The notes: generated by a model not told the origin, from the sequence alone. Shown: positions 1-13,041, counted from the first letter of the stretch. The stretch: 64,000 bases of DNA from Octopus vulgaris (GCA_951406725.2 OX597824.1:31248001-31312000); one strand, 5' to 3'. Translations and numbers: made by a program.

Positions 1-477
1 CTCTCAGTAAAAGACAGCTTAAAAGCTTGAAAATTTTATTAACAAAGGCAAGGTTTGATCTTAGCAACAAAGACCAACCATCCACTGTGTCTAAATGCAA
101 TGATAGCCAATGTGGTACATGCCAATTAATTCATACCGGCCCATATATGAACACAAAAATGGAGAAAATATTCACATAAGCAAATATGAACTGCCAAAGC
201 AGAAATTAAATCTACTCCATTAAATGCCTGAATTTTGAAGAACTGTATGTTGGCCAGACAGGCAATGCACTATCAAAACGTTCATGTGTGCACTGACAAC
301 AAATTAAAAATCCAGAAGTCCACCAAACATTGCTGAATAACCACCTAGCAACATGTGGTTGGAAAATATTTATAATATTTCTATTTCATAAACTATACAA
401 TCTGAATGAAATTGAGAGAAAACTGAGAGAAAAGGACTTTATTGATAAATTCAAACCCAAGCTTGATAAACAATGAT
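1..477 (+). pseudogene. Penelope-like element (PLE) remnant: Zn-linker plus GIY-YIG endonuclease C-terminus
   Basis: Manual translation, with stops: KSLKILLTKARF...KCNDSQCGTCQLI...NMNCQSRN*IYSIKC...LYVGQTGNALSKR...HL...REKDFIDKFKPKLD. This is the CxxxxCxxC + IY...YVG(QT) + RE..FI...P.L signature of PLE endonucleases. Confidence 0.8.
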
Positions 478-681
478 AAAAAGTAATCTTATTTAAGGCT
501 TAAAAGTCTTATCCCCATATCTAAAAAATAAAAATCTCTAAAAAGTACTGCTGTCATTATTTCTAAAAATAAACACTGAAAAATGGGATGGCCTAATTTC
601 TAAAAATAGCCAAGTATATAAAGGACAAAATTTAACCAGTCAACCACAGTTGAAACCTATGATTACATGTGTCACCACCAA

Positions 682-724
682 TGAACCTGAAGATTGCATA
701 AATGCAAGAAAGTACACTCGTTCA
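682..724 (+). ncRNA. Minimal type I hammerhead ribozyme in the PLE 3' region
   Basis: TGAAC-CTGAAGA-TTGCAT(AA)ATGCAA-GAAA-GTACAC-TC-GTTCA. Stem I TGAAC/GTTCA, 6-bp stem II, short near-palindromic stem III, CUC cleavage triplet. Confidence 0.8.
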
Positions 725-908
725 ATAAGAATGGACATTTAATATTTCATTTGTTTAATAAGAATAGACAATTAATACTTCATTTCTTTTTACTATATTA
801 TTTCATATCTTATATTAATATTAGAAGATTATAAATAAAATATGAAAAACAGAGTTGAAATTCCTTTGAGTAATATATTCTTCAATACACAATCATACAA
901 ACCCCTTT

Positions 909-1215
909 CATCATCATCATCATCATCATTTAACGTCCATTTTCCATGCTAGCATGGGTTAGACAGTTCGACTGGGGTCTGGGAAGCCAGGAGGCTGCAC
1001 CAGGCTCCAGTCTGATCTGGCAGTGTTTCTACAGCTGAATGCCCTTCCTAACACAAACCACTCCGAGAGTGTAGTGGATGCTTTTTATGTGGCACAGGTA
1101 CAGGGCCCAGTGGAAGCTGGCAACGACCACGATCGGCTGGTACTTTTTATGTGCCACTGGCATGGAAGCTAGTCAAGGCAGTGTTGGCATCAACCATGTT
1201 CGGATGGTGCTTTTT
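909..1215 (-). mobile_element. RTE-type LINE 3' end with (ATG)n tail
   Basis: (CAT)n followed by ccatgctagcatgggtt...gcccttcctaac; same sequence as the 3' UTR attached to the RTE RT at 25667-27308. Confidence 0.75.
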
Positions 1216-1479
1216 ACAGGAGGAGGAGCAAAATGACTTGAATCAACTCCAGATCATGTTCGGTAGGCATGGCTACATTGGTAAGAAGTTTGCTTCCCAA
1301 CAACATGGTCTCAGGTTCAGCTCCATTCTGTGACACATTGGGCAAGTGTCTTTGAGAGAGATGTCCAAAGCATTGTGGCTGGATTTGACTGAGGGAAACT
1401 GAAAGAAGCACCAAGACATTTGGCATTATGTCGCGCTTGAGGAAAAGACCCATGAAGCTGAGTAAAATCACAGTCATGG

Positions 1480-1701
1480 CAGATACTGGTGTCACACAAA
1501 TGGCACCCGTGCCAGTGGAACATAAAAGCACACATTACACTCTGCAGAGTGGTTGGCATTACAAAGGGCAACCAACCATAGAAAACCATGCCAAATCAGA
1601 CAGGAGTTTGGTGCAATCTTCCAGCTTACCAGCTTTGGTCAAACCATCCAACCCATGCCAGCATGGACAATGGATGTTAAATGATGATGATGATGATGAT
1701 G
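1480..1701 (+). mobile_element. RTE-type LINE 3' end
   Basis: gtgccagtggaacataaaagcac...aacccatgccagcatgga...(GAT)n tail. Confidence 0.7.
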
Positions 1702-1989
1702 GTAGAGTCCATGGATGAGATCCAGAGATTCTCAGAATAGAAGACTCTTGGTAGTGCTGAAAAGATTCACACTTAGACTCCAATATCTGATGTCTTTACA
1801 GGGGATCAATTCTATGGGGTAAAGGATGGCTACGAGAGGGATTGAGTTCAGCAGATGTGGAGGCAATTACGAAGATAAACAGGTTAGATACATTAAATAT
1901 AACAGTTTGGGTATGAAATGCAAAATATGTATATATGAATGGTGGCACATAATAAACAACATTCGAGCATGGGTTGATGTCAGTGCCCC

Positions 1990-2204
1990 CCAACTAGCTC
2001 CTGTGCTGGTGACTCCTAAAAAGCACCCACTACACTCTTGGAGTGGTTGGCATTAGGAAGGGCATCCAGCTGTAGAAACCTTGACAGATCAGATTGGAGC
2101 TTGGTGTAGCTTCCCGGTTTGCCAGTCCTTAGTCAAACTGTCCAACCCATGCCAGCATGGAAAGCGGATGTTAAATGACAACGACAATAATGATGATGAT
2201 GATG
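1990..2204 (+). mobile_element. RTE-type LINE 3' end
   Basis: ggaagggcatccagctgtagaaac...ccatgccagcatggaaagcggatgttaaa plus (GAT)n. Confidence 0.75.
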
Positions 2205-3230
2205 CAAAACGAGAGAAAGTAAAAAGTGGAGACTTTCAGACAATGAGTATTTAAGTATAAATATATAGAGATTTATATTAAAATAAATTCAACTTATACA
2301 GAGTACAAACAATAGAAAAAAATTAATGAGGTAAAAGAGGGGTGTTATAAGTCCAACAGCTGTTTCTGGGGGATTGGACATCCATCATAATGTTGGTAGC
2401 TGTAGTTCATCACAATATTCAGGCCATAATGGAAGCAATCAACCTTGGATAAATTGAGCCTCCATCATCAGGCTAAAGAGCTTACATTCCAGATCATAAT
2501 GCAGAAGTGTTCAAAGGTGGAATGATTAAATGTGAAGAAGTATTAGAGGGAGTGGAGGAGAAGTAGGAGTTTTGGTGGGGTTATGGAGAGTGTTAAGACA
2601 GGGAAAGGTGAGAAGATGACTCCCAGAACCATCACAGTTGCAGGGAACAGATGGCTGTTGGAACCTCATTTGGACCTCTGCATAACCATCTGTCATTTGT
2701 TAGGTTTAACTTTGGGTCCTGGTTGAAGTCTTTCTCATTGAAAGAAAACCAAAGAATTCCAGCCACTTGGTGTTTTAACATGTTTAGAAAGTGCTTTGCA
2801 TGGATCAAATGATTTTCTCTTGTGATATCCAATATAAGCCAATCCCTCCACAACTTGTACCAGATATCTTCATACACAACCCTTCATATGTCTTCATACA
2901 CAACCCTTCGTATGGTCCATTCTGAAACCTTCAGGTCCTTCACAATGGCCCTGATTGATTCCCCATGGTTTTTTATTGATTACTTTATGGAGTTTTTGGA
3001 CAAAGTTATATATTTTGATGGTATTAGTACTCTGTGCATGCATTTTGCATTTAGTCACTGTTGCTAGATCCCTGTCAGCAGCTTTCAGCTCCTTTCAACA
3101 AAGGGTCAGGCAACTCTCAGGAAGCAAGCTATCTCTGCATCACAATGCTGTGCTTTTCAAGGCAATGATTACAGCGTGCCTTTTGATTTGTTGAGCCAAA
3201 ATGATGTCTGACATTATTTATCTGAGAAGT
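2205..3230 (-). pseudogene. Decayed PLE fragment (GIY-YIG) with degenerate HHR at about 2351-2475
   Basis: Minus strand reads RVVYE...AYIGY (frameshifted GIY-YIG motif). Downstream: CTGATGA...GAAACAGCTGTT with palindromic stem III, but stem I is decayed. Confidence 0.5.
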
Positions 3231-3249
3231 AAGATAACAAAATAAAAAA

Positions 3250-3630
3250 AGCGTGGCTGTGTGGTAAGAAGCTTGCTTCCCAACCACATGGTACTAAGTT
3301 CAGTTCCACTGCGTGACACCTTGAGAAAGTGTCCTCTACTATAGCCTTGGGCTAACTAAAGCCTTGTGAGTGGATTTGGTAGACAGAAACTGAAAGAAGT
3401 ACATCGTGTGTGTATGTGCATGTGTGTGTATTTGTCCACCACCCCCACTATCGCTTGACAACTGATGTTGGTGTGTTTATGTCTCCATAACTTAGTGGTT
3501 TGGCAAAAGAGTCCGACAGAATAAGTACTAGGCTTACAAAGAGTAAGTCCTGGGGTAGATTTGTTCGACTAAAGGTGGTGCTCCAGCATGGCCACAGTCA
3601 AATGACTGGAACAAATAAACAAATAAAAGA
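3250..3630 (+). mobile_element. tRNA-derived SINE, family A
   Basis: A/B-box-like head gtggctgtgtggtaag...gttcagttcc, central (TG)n, conserved tail ...ctccagcatggccacagtcaaatgactg; many copies in the window. Confidence 0.85.
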
Positions 3631-3807
3631 AGAAATTTAGGGCTCTTGAAGGCATTGTCCTCGAAAGAGTGACTCAGCCAGTTTGAGTACGTATTTATAT
3701 GTGCATGTGTGTGTGTGTGTGTGTATAAATAAGGATGAGATTGTTAGTTTAAATTTCGATCTTATCAAGTGGCCAGCATGGGAATAAAAACCTTCAAAGG
3801 TAATAAT

Positions 3808-4101
3808 TATTATTAAAATTATAATTTAGGGTCTCTAAGAGATACCGCCATGCTGGAAATAGCAGCCAAAACCTGACTCTAAAACCACATTAAGTGTCCA
3901 TACAGCACCAGGAGAGAAGACAAAAGGACACAATAAACTAGCAAAAAATAAAAACCAGTAATTTTTTGCTAGTTTATTTTGTCTCTTTGTCTCCTCTCCT
4001 GGTGCTGTATGGACACTTAATGTAGTTTTATAGTCAGGTTTTGGCTGCTATTTTCAGTGTGGCGGTATCTCACAGATAACCTAAATTATAATTTTAATAA
4101 T
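3808..4101. repeat. ~290-bp imperfect palindrome (fold-back element)
   Basis: Arms of ~140 bp (attattaaaattataatttagg...ctagcaaaaaat / attttttgctag...cctaaattataattttaataat) around a ~12-nt spacer. Confidence 0.9.
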
Positions 4102-4109
4102 ATATATAT

Positions 4110-4480
4110 ACAATGTCCATGTGGGTAACATCATCCCTCTCTCTTTCTCTCTTTATTCATATATGTATTACCTGCTTTGTTATTTAGTTATTTGACATGT
4201 CTTTTTGTAAAAGCTGAAGTTATTTGGAATCCAGTATGAAGAGAACAATGAATAAACAACACCAGGTGTGTCTCGAACATATATAACAGATACATGTTTG
4301 TCTGTGTGTGTGTGTATATATATATATACACACATATATATACATATATATGACAATATCTATATGGTGAACAATCTCCCTCTCTCTTTCTCTCTTTATT
4401 CACATATGTATTACCTTCTGCGTAATTTAGTTATTTGATATGTCTATTTGTAAACGCTGAAGTCATTTCGAATCCAATAT
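4110..4480 (+). repeat. Diverged direct duplication (~4110-4238 and ~4354-4480)
   Basis: tccctctctctttctctctttattca...gctgaagt.attt.gaatcca occurs twice. The intervening part resembles 9655-9740. Confidence 0.7.
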
Positions 4481-4872
4481 CATCATCATCATCATCATCA
4501 TCGTCATCATCATTGTTTACCGACTGCTTTCCATGCTAGCATGGGTTGGACAATTTGATTGAGGACTGGTGAACTAGATGTCTTCACCAGGCTCCAATCT
4601 TGATCTGGCAGAGTTTCTACTGCTGGATGCCCTTTCTAACGCCAACCACTCTGAGAGTGTAGTGGGTGCTTTTACGTGCCGGTGACACGAGAGCCAGTTG
4701 GGCGTACAGGCAACAACCACGCTCAAGTGGTGTTTTTTACGTGCCACCTGCACAGGAGCCAGTCCAGCAGCACTGGCAACGACCTTGCTAGTAAGGTGAC
4801 GCTGGTAACAATCATGCTCGAATGGTGGTTTTTACGTGCCACTGGCAGGGAAGCCAGTTAGCTGCTATGGCA
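4481..4872 (-). mobile_element. RTE-type LINE 3' end
   Basis: (CAT)n, ccatgctagcatgggttgg, repeated tttacgtgcc units; nearly collinear with 25667-26010. Confidence 0.8.
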
Positions 4873-5040
4873 ATCCTTCAGTTTGACTCGACAAAACAAT
4901 AACAAGACCTCGCTTGTTTCTGTGATAACTCGACAATTCACTTCGGATATCTTCATTACCTCCGTGATCGCCTGTATATAACATATATATAATATATGTA
5001 TAATATATATATAATAAATGTATAATATATATATATATAG

Positions 5041-5484
5041 TACGTTTAAATATTTGTTGTGCAAGATTTTTTATGTGAAGTCGTGTGTTGAAACAGATAT
5101 TGTTATATTTCGGAATGGTCATATTACCAGTTTAGCCAATAAAAACACACGCACTATATATTTGGTGTTATTTTGCTTCAGTGATATTTATTTTTTACAT
5201 TAATCTTAATCTTATTTCGGCCAGAGTTCTTTCGTCACACTCCTGTGACCGCATCAGTGGTCCTTTGTTTTCTTCTTTCGTATTTGTTTAGCCAATAAAA
5301 ACACACATACGAAAGAAGAAAACAAAGGACCACTGATGCGGTCACAGGAGTGTGACAAAGAACTCTGGCCGAAATAAGATTAAGATTAATGTAAAAAATA
5401 AATATCTCTGAAGCAAAATAACACGAAATATATAGTGCGTGTGTTTTTATTGGCTAAACTGGCAATATGACCATTCCGAAATAT

Positions 5485-5490
<6 letters not shown>
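5041..5490. mobile_element. (TA)n-embedded PLE-type non-autonomous element with internal inversion
   Basis: Arms ~5098-5286 and ~5307-5490 are inverted copies. 5041-5085 is the reverse complement of the end of the related copy at 14771-15025. Confidence 0.75.
5219..5263 (-). ncRNA. Hammerhead-like motif with variant core (CUGAUGC)
   Basis: GGACCA-CTGATGC-G-GTCACA(GGAG)TGTGAC-GAAA-GAAC-TC-TGGCC. The mirror copy at 5327-5370 (+) lacks the G of GAAA. Confidence 0.6.
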
Positions 5491-5563
<73 letters not shown>

Positions 5564-5566
<3 letters not shown>

Positions 5567-6273
5567 TAATAAAAAGGGTTCAGCAAAGAATTGCCTCACC
5601 ACACACCGAAGTTCAGAAATAGCAGCCAAAAATCTTAGCCATTTCTTCTACTTTAAAAAGGGTCTTCCAGAGAAACCATAATTCTAGAAGGTTATTCACA
5701 CAGGCAGAGAGTAACGTAACGAAAATCAATCAATATCCGATCATCCATAGACGCGCGTTTCTGAATTAGGTTTTTACATAAAGAATATAAAAAAATATAC
5801 TTTACTAACCATATTCTTCATCAGTATGGATTTTCTGTAATAATCCGAAGGTACTAGAACATTTGAACGAATCTTTTCATATAACGGCGTTAAGCCGCTC
5901 ATGTTCAATGTTAGTACCGCCAAATTCAAAATATGAATGAGAATCGCTTAGCCTCCCCCGCCTTTCCACGTGTGTCTTCAAGTAAAATGCTACAGAAAAA
6001 ATCAGCAGCATGTTCTCAGGGAGAAAATTCTATTATCAATAATAACAAAGGGTAAAATTAATTAATTAAGAAGTAATCAATAAATTTCACCAAGTAGAAT
6101 TCGGTATGAAAACAGGACCGTTACACAGTAAATTTTAGTAATACTAATAAAAAGGGTGCAGCAAAGAATTGCCTCACCACACACCGAAGTTCAGAAATAG
6201 CAGCCAAAAATCTTAGCCATTTCTTCTACTTTAAAAAGGGTCTTCCAGAGAAACCATAATACTTGAAGGTTAT
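5564..6273 (-). mobile_element. Non-autonomous PLE-type element with ~130-bp direct repeats (5564-5694, 6142-6273)
   Basis: actaataaaaagggt.cagcaaagaattgcctcaccac...aaaccataat occurs twice; abuts (TA)n; contains an HHR. Confidence 0.7.
5743..5831 (-). ncRNA. Type I hammerhead ribozyme with extended stem II
   Basis: ATCCATA-CTGATGA-[~55 nt]-GAAAC-GCGC-GTC-TATGGAT: 7-bp stem I, palindromic stem III, GUC triplet. Confidence 0.85.
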
Positions 6274-6954
6274 CTCAAGATTAATCAGCCGAAATTGCTA
6301 GGATGATCCGGTTCTTGACTGAAGATTGAAGGCTTCGAATGTCCCGTCCGTGTTTTTTGTATCGTCTTCTAAATGTTTTACGTTCTTGTCCCAGTTTGTA
6401 TTTTTCTACATATAATATATATAGCGGCGTCCGTACCCTCGTTGGCCTTATGTAAGTACATATTCCTGTAATTTGGTACGACTCTACATACTGTCTCTCT
6501 CTCCTACATTTCTCTGCCTTTCACACTTTGCACTCTACTTTGATCTGTCCCCTTCACTCTCCCTCTCTCTCTACTTCTCCTTTTCTCTTTTCTTGCCTCT
6601 GATTCTTTGGTCTACTCTTCCCCCCACTCTCTCACAATTCTCTGTCTTTCTCACTTTGCACTCACTAGCCAATCCTTGGCACGCACTTGTAACGAGCTTA
6701 GAGTGAGTGAATATCTTCTCTTGTACTTTCGGGGTACAAGAAAGCAATCACTAGCCGTTGCTTTAATAATCCAGAATTCTACCAGTCAGAAACAACAAGA
6801 CGCAGACGTAAAAGATATATATACTACTTTATTCTCTTTCTTGGTAACAGTAACAATAAGTGTGTTATCTGATGTCCTTGGTTCTGGGCGCGCAAGGCTG
6901 AAAGTTAATCGATTGTAATATTTACAATGTTCAGCCGCCAAAAATAGAACGGGT

Positions 6955-7417
6955 CAAAATGGCGTCCGGAGGAAGAAGATGATGTCTGCAACAATCCAGG
7001 TTAAAGGCCTTTTGGTAAGGACTGCTAGAAGCAAGTTCGAACGGAGAGAAAATATGCGTGACCGTCTCCTTCAATCGCTGCCGTCCCAAGTCGCCGCTGC
7101 TGCTGCTAGCGGTCAAACGTTCTACGACCCCCTTGCCTTGGCTAACTACCACGTAGGCAAAAGGGTCGTGCTTCCGGTGGTTCGCGCATGCGCGAGAGGG
7201 CCCTTCCTTTCTGTGCCTTGGTGAAGGCACCAACACGCGCGAAATAGAAAATGGACGGTGCGCGCGCGCGCACCGTTATAGGATCACAACACACTCTTTC
7301 TTCTCCCCTCTTTAATTCCTTCTTTACCTCTCTTCTACCCCCTTTGTTGCCTTCATCCCTCTTTCTCTCTCTCTTTGTTTCCTTTGCCCCCTTTCTTTTC
7401 TCTCTCTTCATCACGTG
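6955..7417. promoter_or_regulatory. CpG-rich internal promoter-like segment
   Basis: YY1-like AAAATGGCG (~6956), ETS-like CTTCCGG (~7171), NRF1-like GCGCATGCGC (~7184) and E-box TCACGTGA (~7411) in an otherwise AT-rich window. Confidence 0.4.
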
Positions 7418-7692
7418 ACCGCTGGTCAAAATCAGCCTTTTGACCTCCGACCACTGCCGTGAGAACGTCGTTGTCTTCGTCTGCCGATAAAGGCATTATT
7501 TCAAAATACGCCAGCTAAACTTGTTGTATTGTTTATTAGTCGTAAGACACCCGCTGTTTTTGTCCTGTTTTTACCATTATTGTTTTTTGTATTTTATATT
7601 CGTGTGGCATCGTCCGTTTTTCTGTCCCTGTTTCGTATACATTCGATCCTTCTTCCAAGAAATCTAATGCTCGTAGCTTAGTTTTTCCTTGG

Positions 7693-7765
7693 GGCTGGCC
7701 GGATCGGAGCGATCTCGAGATTAATCAGCCGAAATTGCTAGGATGGTCCGGTTCTTGACTGAAGA
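7693..7765 (+). ncRNA. Non-circularly permuted hammerhead ribozyme (predicted)
   Basis: Stem II GGCTG(7693-97)/CAGCC(7726-30); stem III AGCGAT(7708-13)/ATTGCT(7734-39); AUC triplet 7712-14; stem I TCGAGA(7715-20)/TCTTGA(7753-58); GAAA 7731-34; CTGAAGA 7759-65; extra helix GCCGGATC/GGTCCGGT. Confidence 0.75.
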
Positions 7766-7879
7766 TTGAAGGCTTCGAATGTCCCGTCCGTGTTTTTTGT
7801 ATCGTCTTCTAAATGTTTTACGTTCTTGTACCAGTTTGTATTTTTCTACATATATTATATATATATATATATATACACA

Positions 7880-8350
<471 letters not shown>

Positions 8351-8959
8351 GTGTGTGTGTGTGTGTGGGTGCTTCTTCTTGTTTGTGTGTGCATGCATGC
8401 TTCTTCATGTCTGTCTGTGTGTGTGGTGTGCGTGCATGCGTGCTTGTTCTTGAAAATAACACATCTGATGTGCCATGCATGTTGCGATATTTCGTCTTTA
8501 AGTGGCCCCCCACAACCCCTCCACTGTGTTCGTGTGGACCGTAAGGTCGTTGGGGACTACGAAATGAGCACTGGAGTTCACTGTTGAGTGACCACACACA
8601 AACACACACACATACACAAGAACAATCACGAAAGCACATACAGACACACAGACAAGAACAAGCATGCACACACAACCCACTAGCCCGCTCTCCCTCCTCC
8701 CACTCTAGCAGATGTCATCATCTGTCATGAAGGTCACGTCAACATACAAGGTGAACTGTCAAGCTGTCACCTAAACAACCGATTTCCTGTCACTGAATCG
8801 TTGAGTCAATCCAAAATATTGACATATATATATATTACATATTTATAATATATATATATATATATATAATATCAATTATATATAAGGTGAACTGTCAAGC
8901 TATCATATAAACAACCGATTTCCTGTCACTGAATCGTTGAGTCAATCCAAAATATTGAC

Positions 8960-9368
<409 letters not shown>

Positions 9369-9444
9369 CGACAATACATGTATCTATTGTATAAATACAA
9401 ACAACAAACAAACACAAAAACAAACAAACACACAAACAACAAAC

Positions 9445-9745
<301 letters not shown>

Positions 9746-10159
9746 TGTTTGCTTGTTTGTGTGTTTGTTTGCTTGTTTGTGTTTGTTTGCTTGTTTGTCT
9801 TGTTTGCTTGTGTGTGTTTGTTTGCTTGTTTGACTGTGGCCATGCTGGAGCACCACATTTAGTCGAACAAATCTACCCCAGGACTTACTGTTTGTCAGCC
9901 TAGTTCTTATTCTGTCGGACTCTTTTACCACATGACAGTTGCTGTGGCAAAGAAAGATTCATGGGATGAGTACTAGGCCTCAAAATAAAGTTTAAGTCAT
10001 GAGATCAATTTGTTCAACTAAACCCTTCAAGGCATTGTCCCAGCATGGTCAGGGGCCAATGACTGGAAGAAGCAAAAGATAAAAAATATATATATATATA
10101 CTAGCTTAAGGTGACCCGCTCTACGCGCAGGTGATGTTTTGCTTGTTGGACCAATTTAT

Positions 10160-12400
10160 TAATGTTGATGAATCTGTTCAAAAGGCCGGAATCCCCGGGG
10201 TCCCTGGATGCGTTGAACACTGTTTTTCGATTTGGAAAGCGATCCAGGATGCCAAACAGAACAAGAAAAGTCTGAACGTGGTATGGCTCGACCTAGCTAA
10301 CGCGTATGGTTCAGTGCCACACAAATTACTAATAACAGCCACAGACCACTTCCACATTCCTGACAAAGTGATCAAAATAATGAGGATGTACTATGACAGT
10401 TTCGAAATGAGGTTTACAACTGGAAATTTTACAACAAATTGGCACCGATTGGAGATTGGCATTGCTGCTGGCTGTACAATATCTGTCACGTGGTTTATTT
10501 TAGTCATGGAGTTGATTTTGAAAGGTGTAGATTTTTCGGAACAAATCGCCCATGTACAATCGCCTAAGAAAGCCTTCATGGATGACGTGACACTTCTAGC
10601 TACAGATAAACAAATCATGCAGAATGCCCTTTAGAGATTAGACGAACTTGTAAGGTGGTCAAGGATGCGATTTAGAGCAAAAAAGTCGCGTAGTCTGACA
10701 TTTGTTAAGGGAGTGCAGAAAGAATTTAAATTTCGAATATCTGATGAAAGCATTCCAACAGTCAAGGAAGAGCCCGTCAAGAGCTTGGGTCGAGTATACG
10801 CTGGAACATTGTCAGACAGAAGTCGTGGGATTGAAATTATGAAACAGGCCGAGGCTGGGTTATCAGCGATTGATGATTCGAAGTTACCAGGTAAATATAA
10901 AATTTGGTGCTTGCAGTTCGGCTTGTACCCGCGACTTGCGTGGCCACTTTTAATATACGAAGTAGCATTGTCACGAGTTGAAAGGATTGAACAAAAATGT
11001 AATGTATTCATTAGAAAGTGGCTAGGTCTACCTCGTATGTTGAACAGCTCAGCTCTTTATCGTAAAAGAGGTTCGTTGCAGCTACCAATATATAAGTTGG
11101 GGAAGATACGGACGGTCATGATGCTGAGAGAATCGAAGGATATGAAAATCAGGCGTAACCCACCAGAGGTGAAAACAGCCAGGAAGTGGAAAGCAGAAGC
11201 AGAAACTGACAACATCTTATCTTCTCTTATACACAGAGATATGGTGGGAGCAACGCAGAACCATCGGAAAGAATTTGGTTTGGGCGCAGATCAGTTCAGA
11301 CCGTTTGCAAGCATGATGCCGTGTGAACGCAGATCTGTTGTTAGCAACAGCGTCAAAACAAGAGAAGCGGAGAGAAGAGAGCTTCATTTGATCCGATGTG
11401 TTCATCAAGGTCAGATGACGAAATGGGAAGAACATGTTGTTGAGAGGAAGATAAGTTGGGATGAGATGTGGAAGTGGACGACATCTCGGCTGAGTTTCCT
11501 GATTCGTTCATCTTATGATGTTTTGCCATCACCTACGAATCTAGTAAGATGGAACGTCTTAGAGAATGACATCTGCAAATGTGGAAAGGTCGGTACACTA
11601 AAACATATTCTTTCCAACTGTTCATTAGCATTGAACAGGTACACATGGAGGCACAACTTGGTCCTTAAGGTTATCGTCAATGCTATAAAGAACCAAATTC
11701 ACCTCAACAACACTGAGGAAAAATCGTTAAAAGTACCATCAAGAGATTTCATTACCTTCGTGCGACCAGGTCAGCGGATCCGTTTCAAGAAGACCAAGAA
11801 ACTTCCTGAGAAAAATGAAAAGTGGAACGGCTATTGGGAGGTAACTGCAGATTTACCTGGGTGCCAGGTTTTCTTTCCCATCTCAGTTTCGAAAAAAACA
11901 GATATTTTGATGTGGTGTGAAAGAAAGAAAGTTGTAAATATAGTCGAGCTAACGGTTCCTCACGAAGATAATATGGACCCGCTCGGGCTCGAAAATTGAA
12001 CTGTTATGAAAACCTCCTCGAGGAATGTGAAGACGCAGGCTGGAAAGCGGATGTAGAGGGTTTGTAGGACACAGCGTGAGACGACTGTTGTTATCGCTAG
12101 GCCTAACTCATCGTAAAGTCAATACCACCATGACTGATATCCAATGTACAGTGGAGAAGGCTAGCCACTGGATTTGATTAAAAAGAGACGATGAGTGATG
12201 GCTAGAAGTATATTGAGTTCTTCATAACCAGCTGATCTAGCAAGCGGGGCCTCATATCAGCGAGGGGGGCTGGTGCGCATTGATGCCGTCGAGAGGTAGG
12301 CCCCGAAACGGCGCGCATTCTCTCCTGATGACCCCATACACTTGCTAGCTTCCGATATACGGATCTTTTAACTGGTAGCACTTGCATGTGCAAGTTGTTT
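10160..12400 (+). mobile_element. 5'-truncated HERO/R2-group non-LTR retrotransposon (RT + CCHC + restriction-like endonuclease)
   Basis: QKAGIPGVPGCVEH, WLDLANAYGSVPH, AFMDD, CKCGKVGTLKHILSNC, WRHNLVL, (P/T)DI...IVELTVPHED. ORFs 10131-10634 and 10665-11999 are in the same frame, split by one TAG; a frameshift lies near 11980. Confidence 0.92.
12237..12348 (+). ncRNA. Non-circularly permuted hammerhead ribozyme in the HERO 3' UTR (predicted)
   Basis: Stem II GGGGCCT(12246-52)/AGGCCCC(12298-304); stem III GCCGT(12285-89)/ACGGC(12308-12), extended by TGCGC/GCGCA; GUC 12288-90; stem I GAGAG(12291-95)/CTCTC(12320-24); GAAA 12305-08; CTGATGA 12325-31; closing helix CTAGCAAG/CTTGCTAG. Confidence 0.8.
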
Positions 12401-13041
12401 GCAAGACAAATGTAGCATTGTTTTATTGTTTTAAAACGAAAGAGGCAATGCGTTTATTAAAAAAAAAAAAAAAAGACAAACGTTCGCCAATGGGAAGAGA
12501 GAGATCGAGGAAGAAAAGGTCATATATGAAAGAGAGGACTGAAAAATAAAATATTTTGAAACCTAAAGATGATTTGGTTTACAATGAGAAAACGAATAAA
12601 ATAGTTAAGAAGTAAATATTTCAAAACTGGCAAATTTTTCAAATTTACTGACAAATTTTTGTTAACGATGGTCGCCTTGAGCATACATATAAATTCTTTA
12701 AAAGGGTATAATGTTTCTTAGCACAGCAAATCTTTTATCCACGCAAAATAATAACATATCTTCTGATAAATAATATCTGTTATAATTGTGCGGTGGTGGT
12801 GGGATATAATAATTCACCTTTCTGAAAGACTTGTGGTGGGAATATTTAAACTTTTGCGGCTGTCACGTTTCGTCTTTATAGATACAAACAGACATACACT
12901 GAGAGAGGCGGTGGAAAAAAAAGAGAGACGGCGGAGGTGTCAAACGTCGTTATAGAGAGAAATTGGAGGGAAGGGGGAAAGAGAGAGAGACGTAGTGAGA
13001 GAGAGAGAGACAGAGAGACAGAGATAGACAGAGACAGAGAC

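Larger units (their letters stand above)
6275..7852 (+). mobile_element. ~1.58-kb non-autonomous retroelement (retrozyme/PLE-like) with ~138-bp direct terminal repeats
   Basis: 6275-6412 matches 7715-7852 with only a few substitutions; both end in (TA)n. A solo copy lies at 43053-43183. No RT or endonuclease ORF. Confidence 0.75.
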
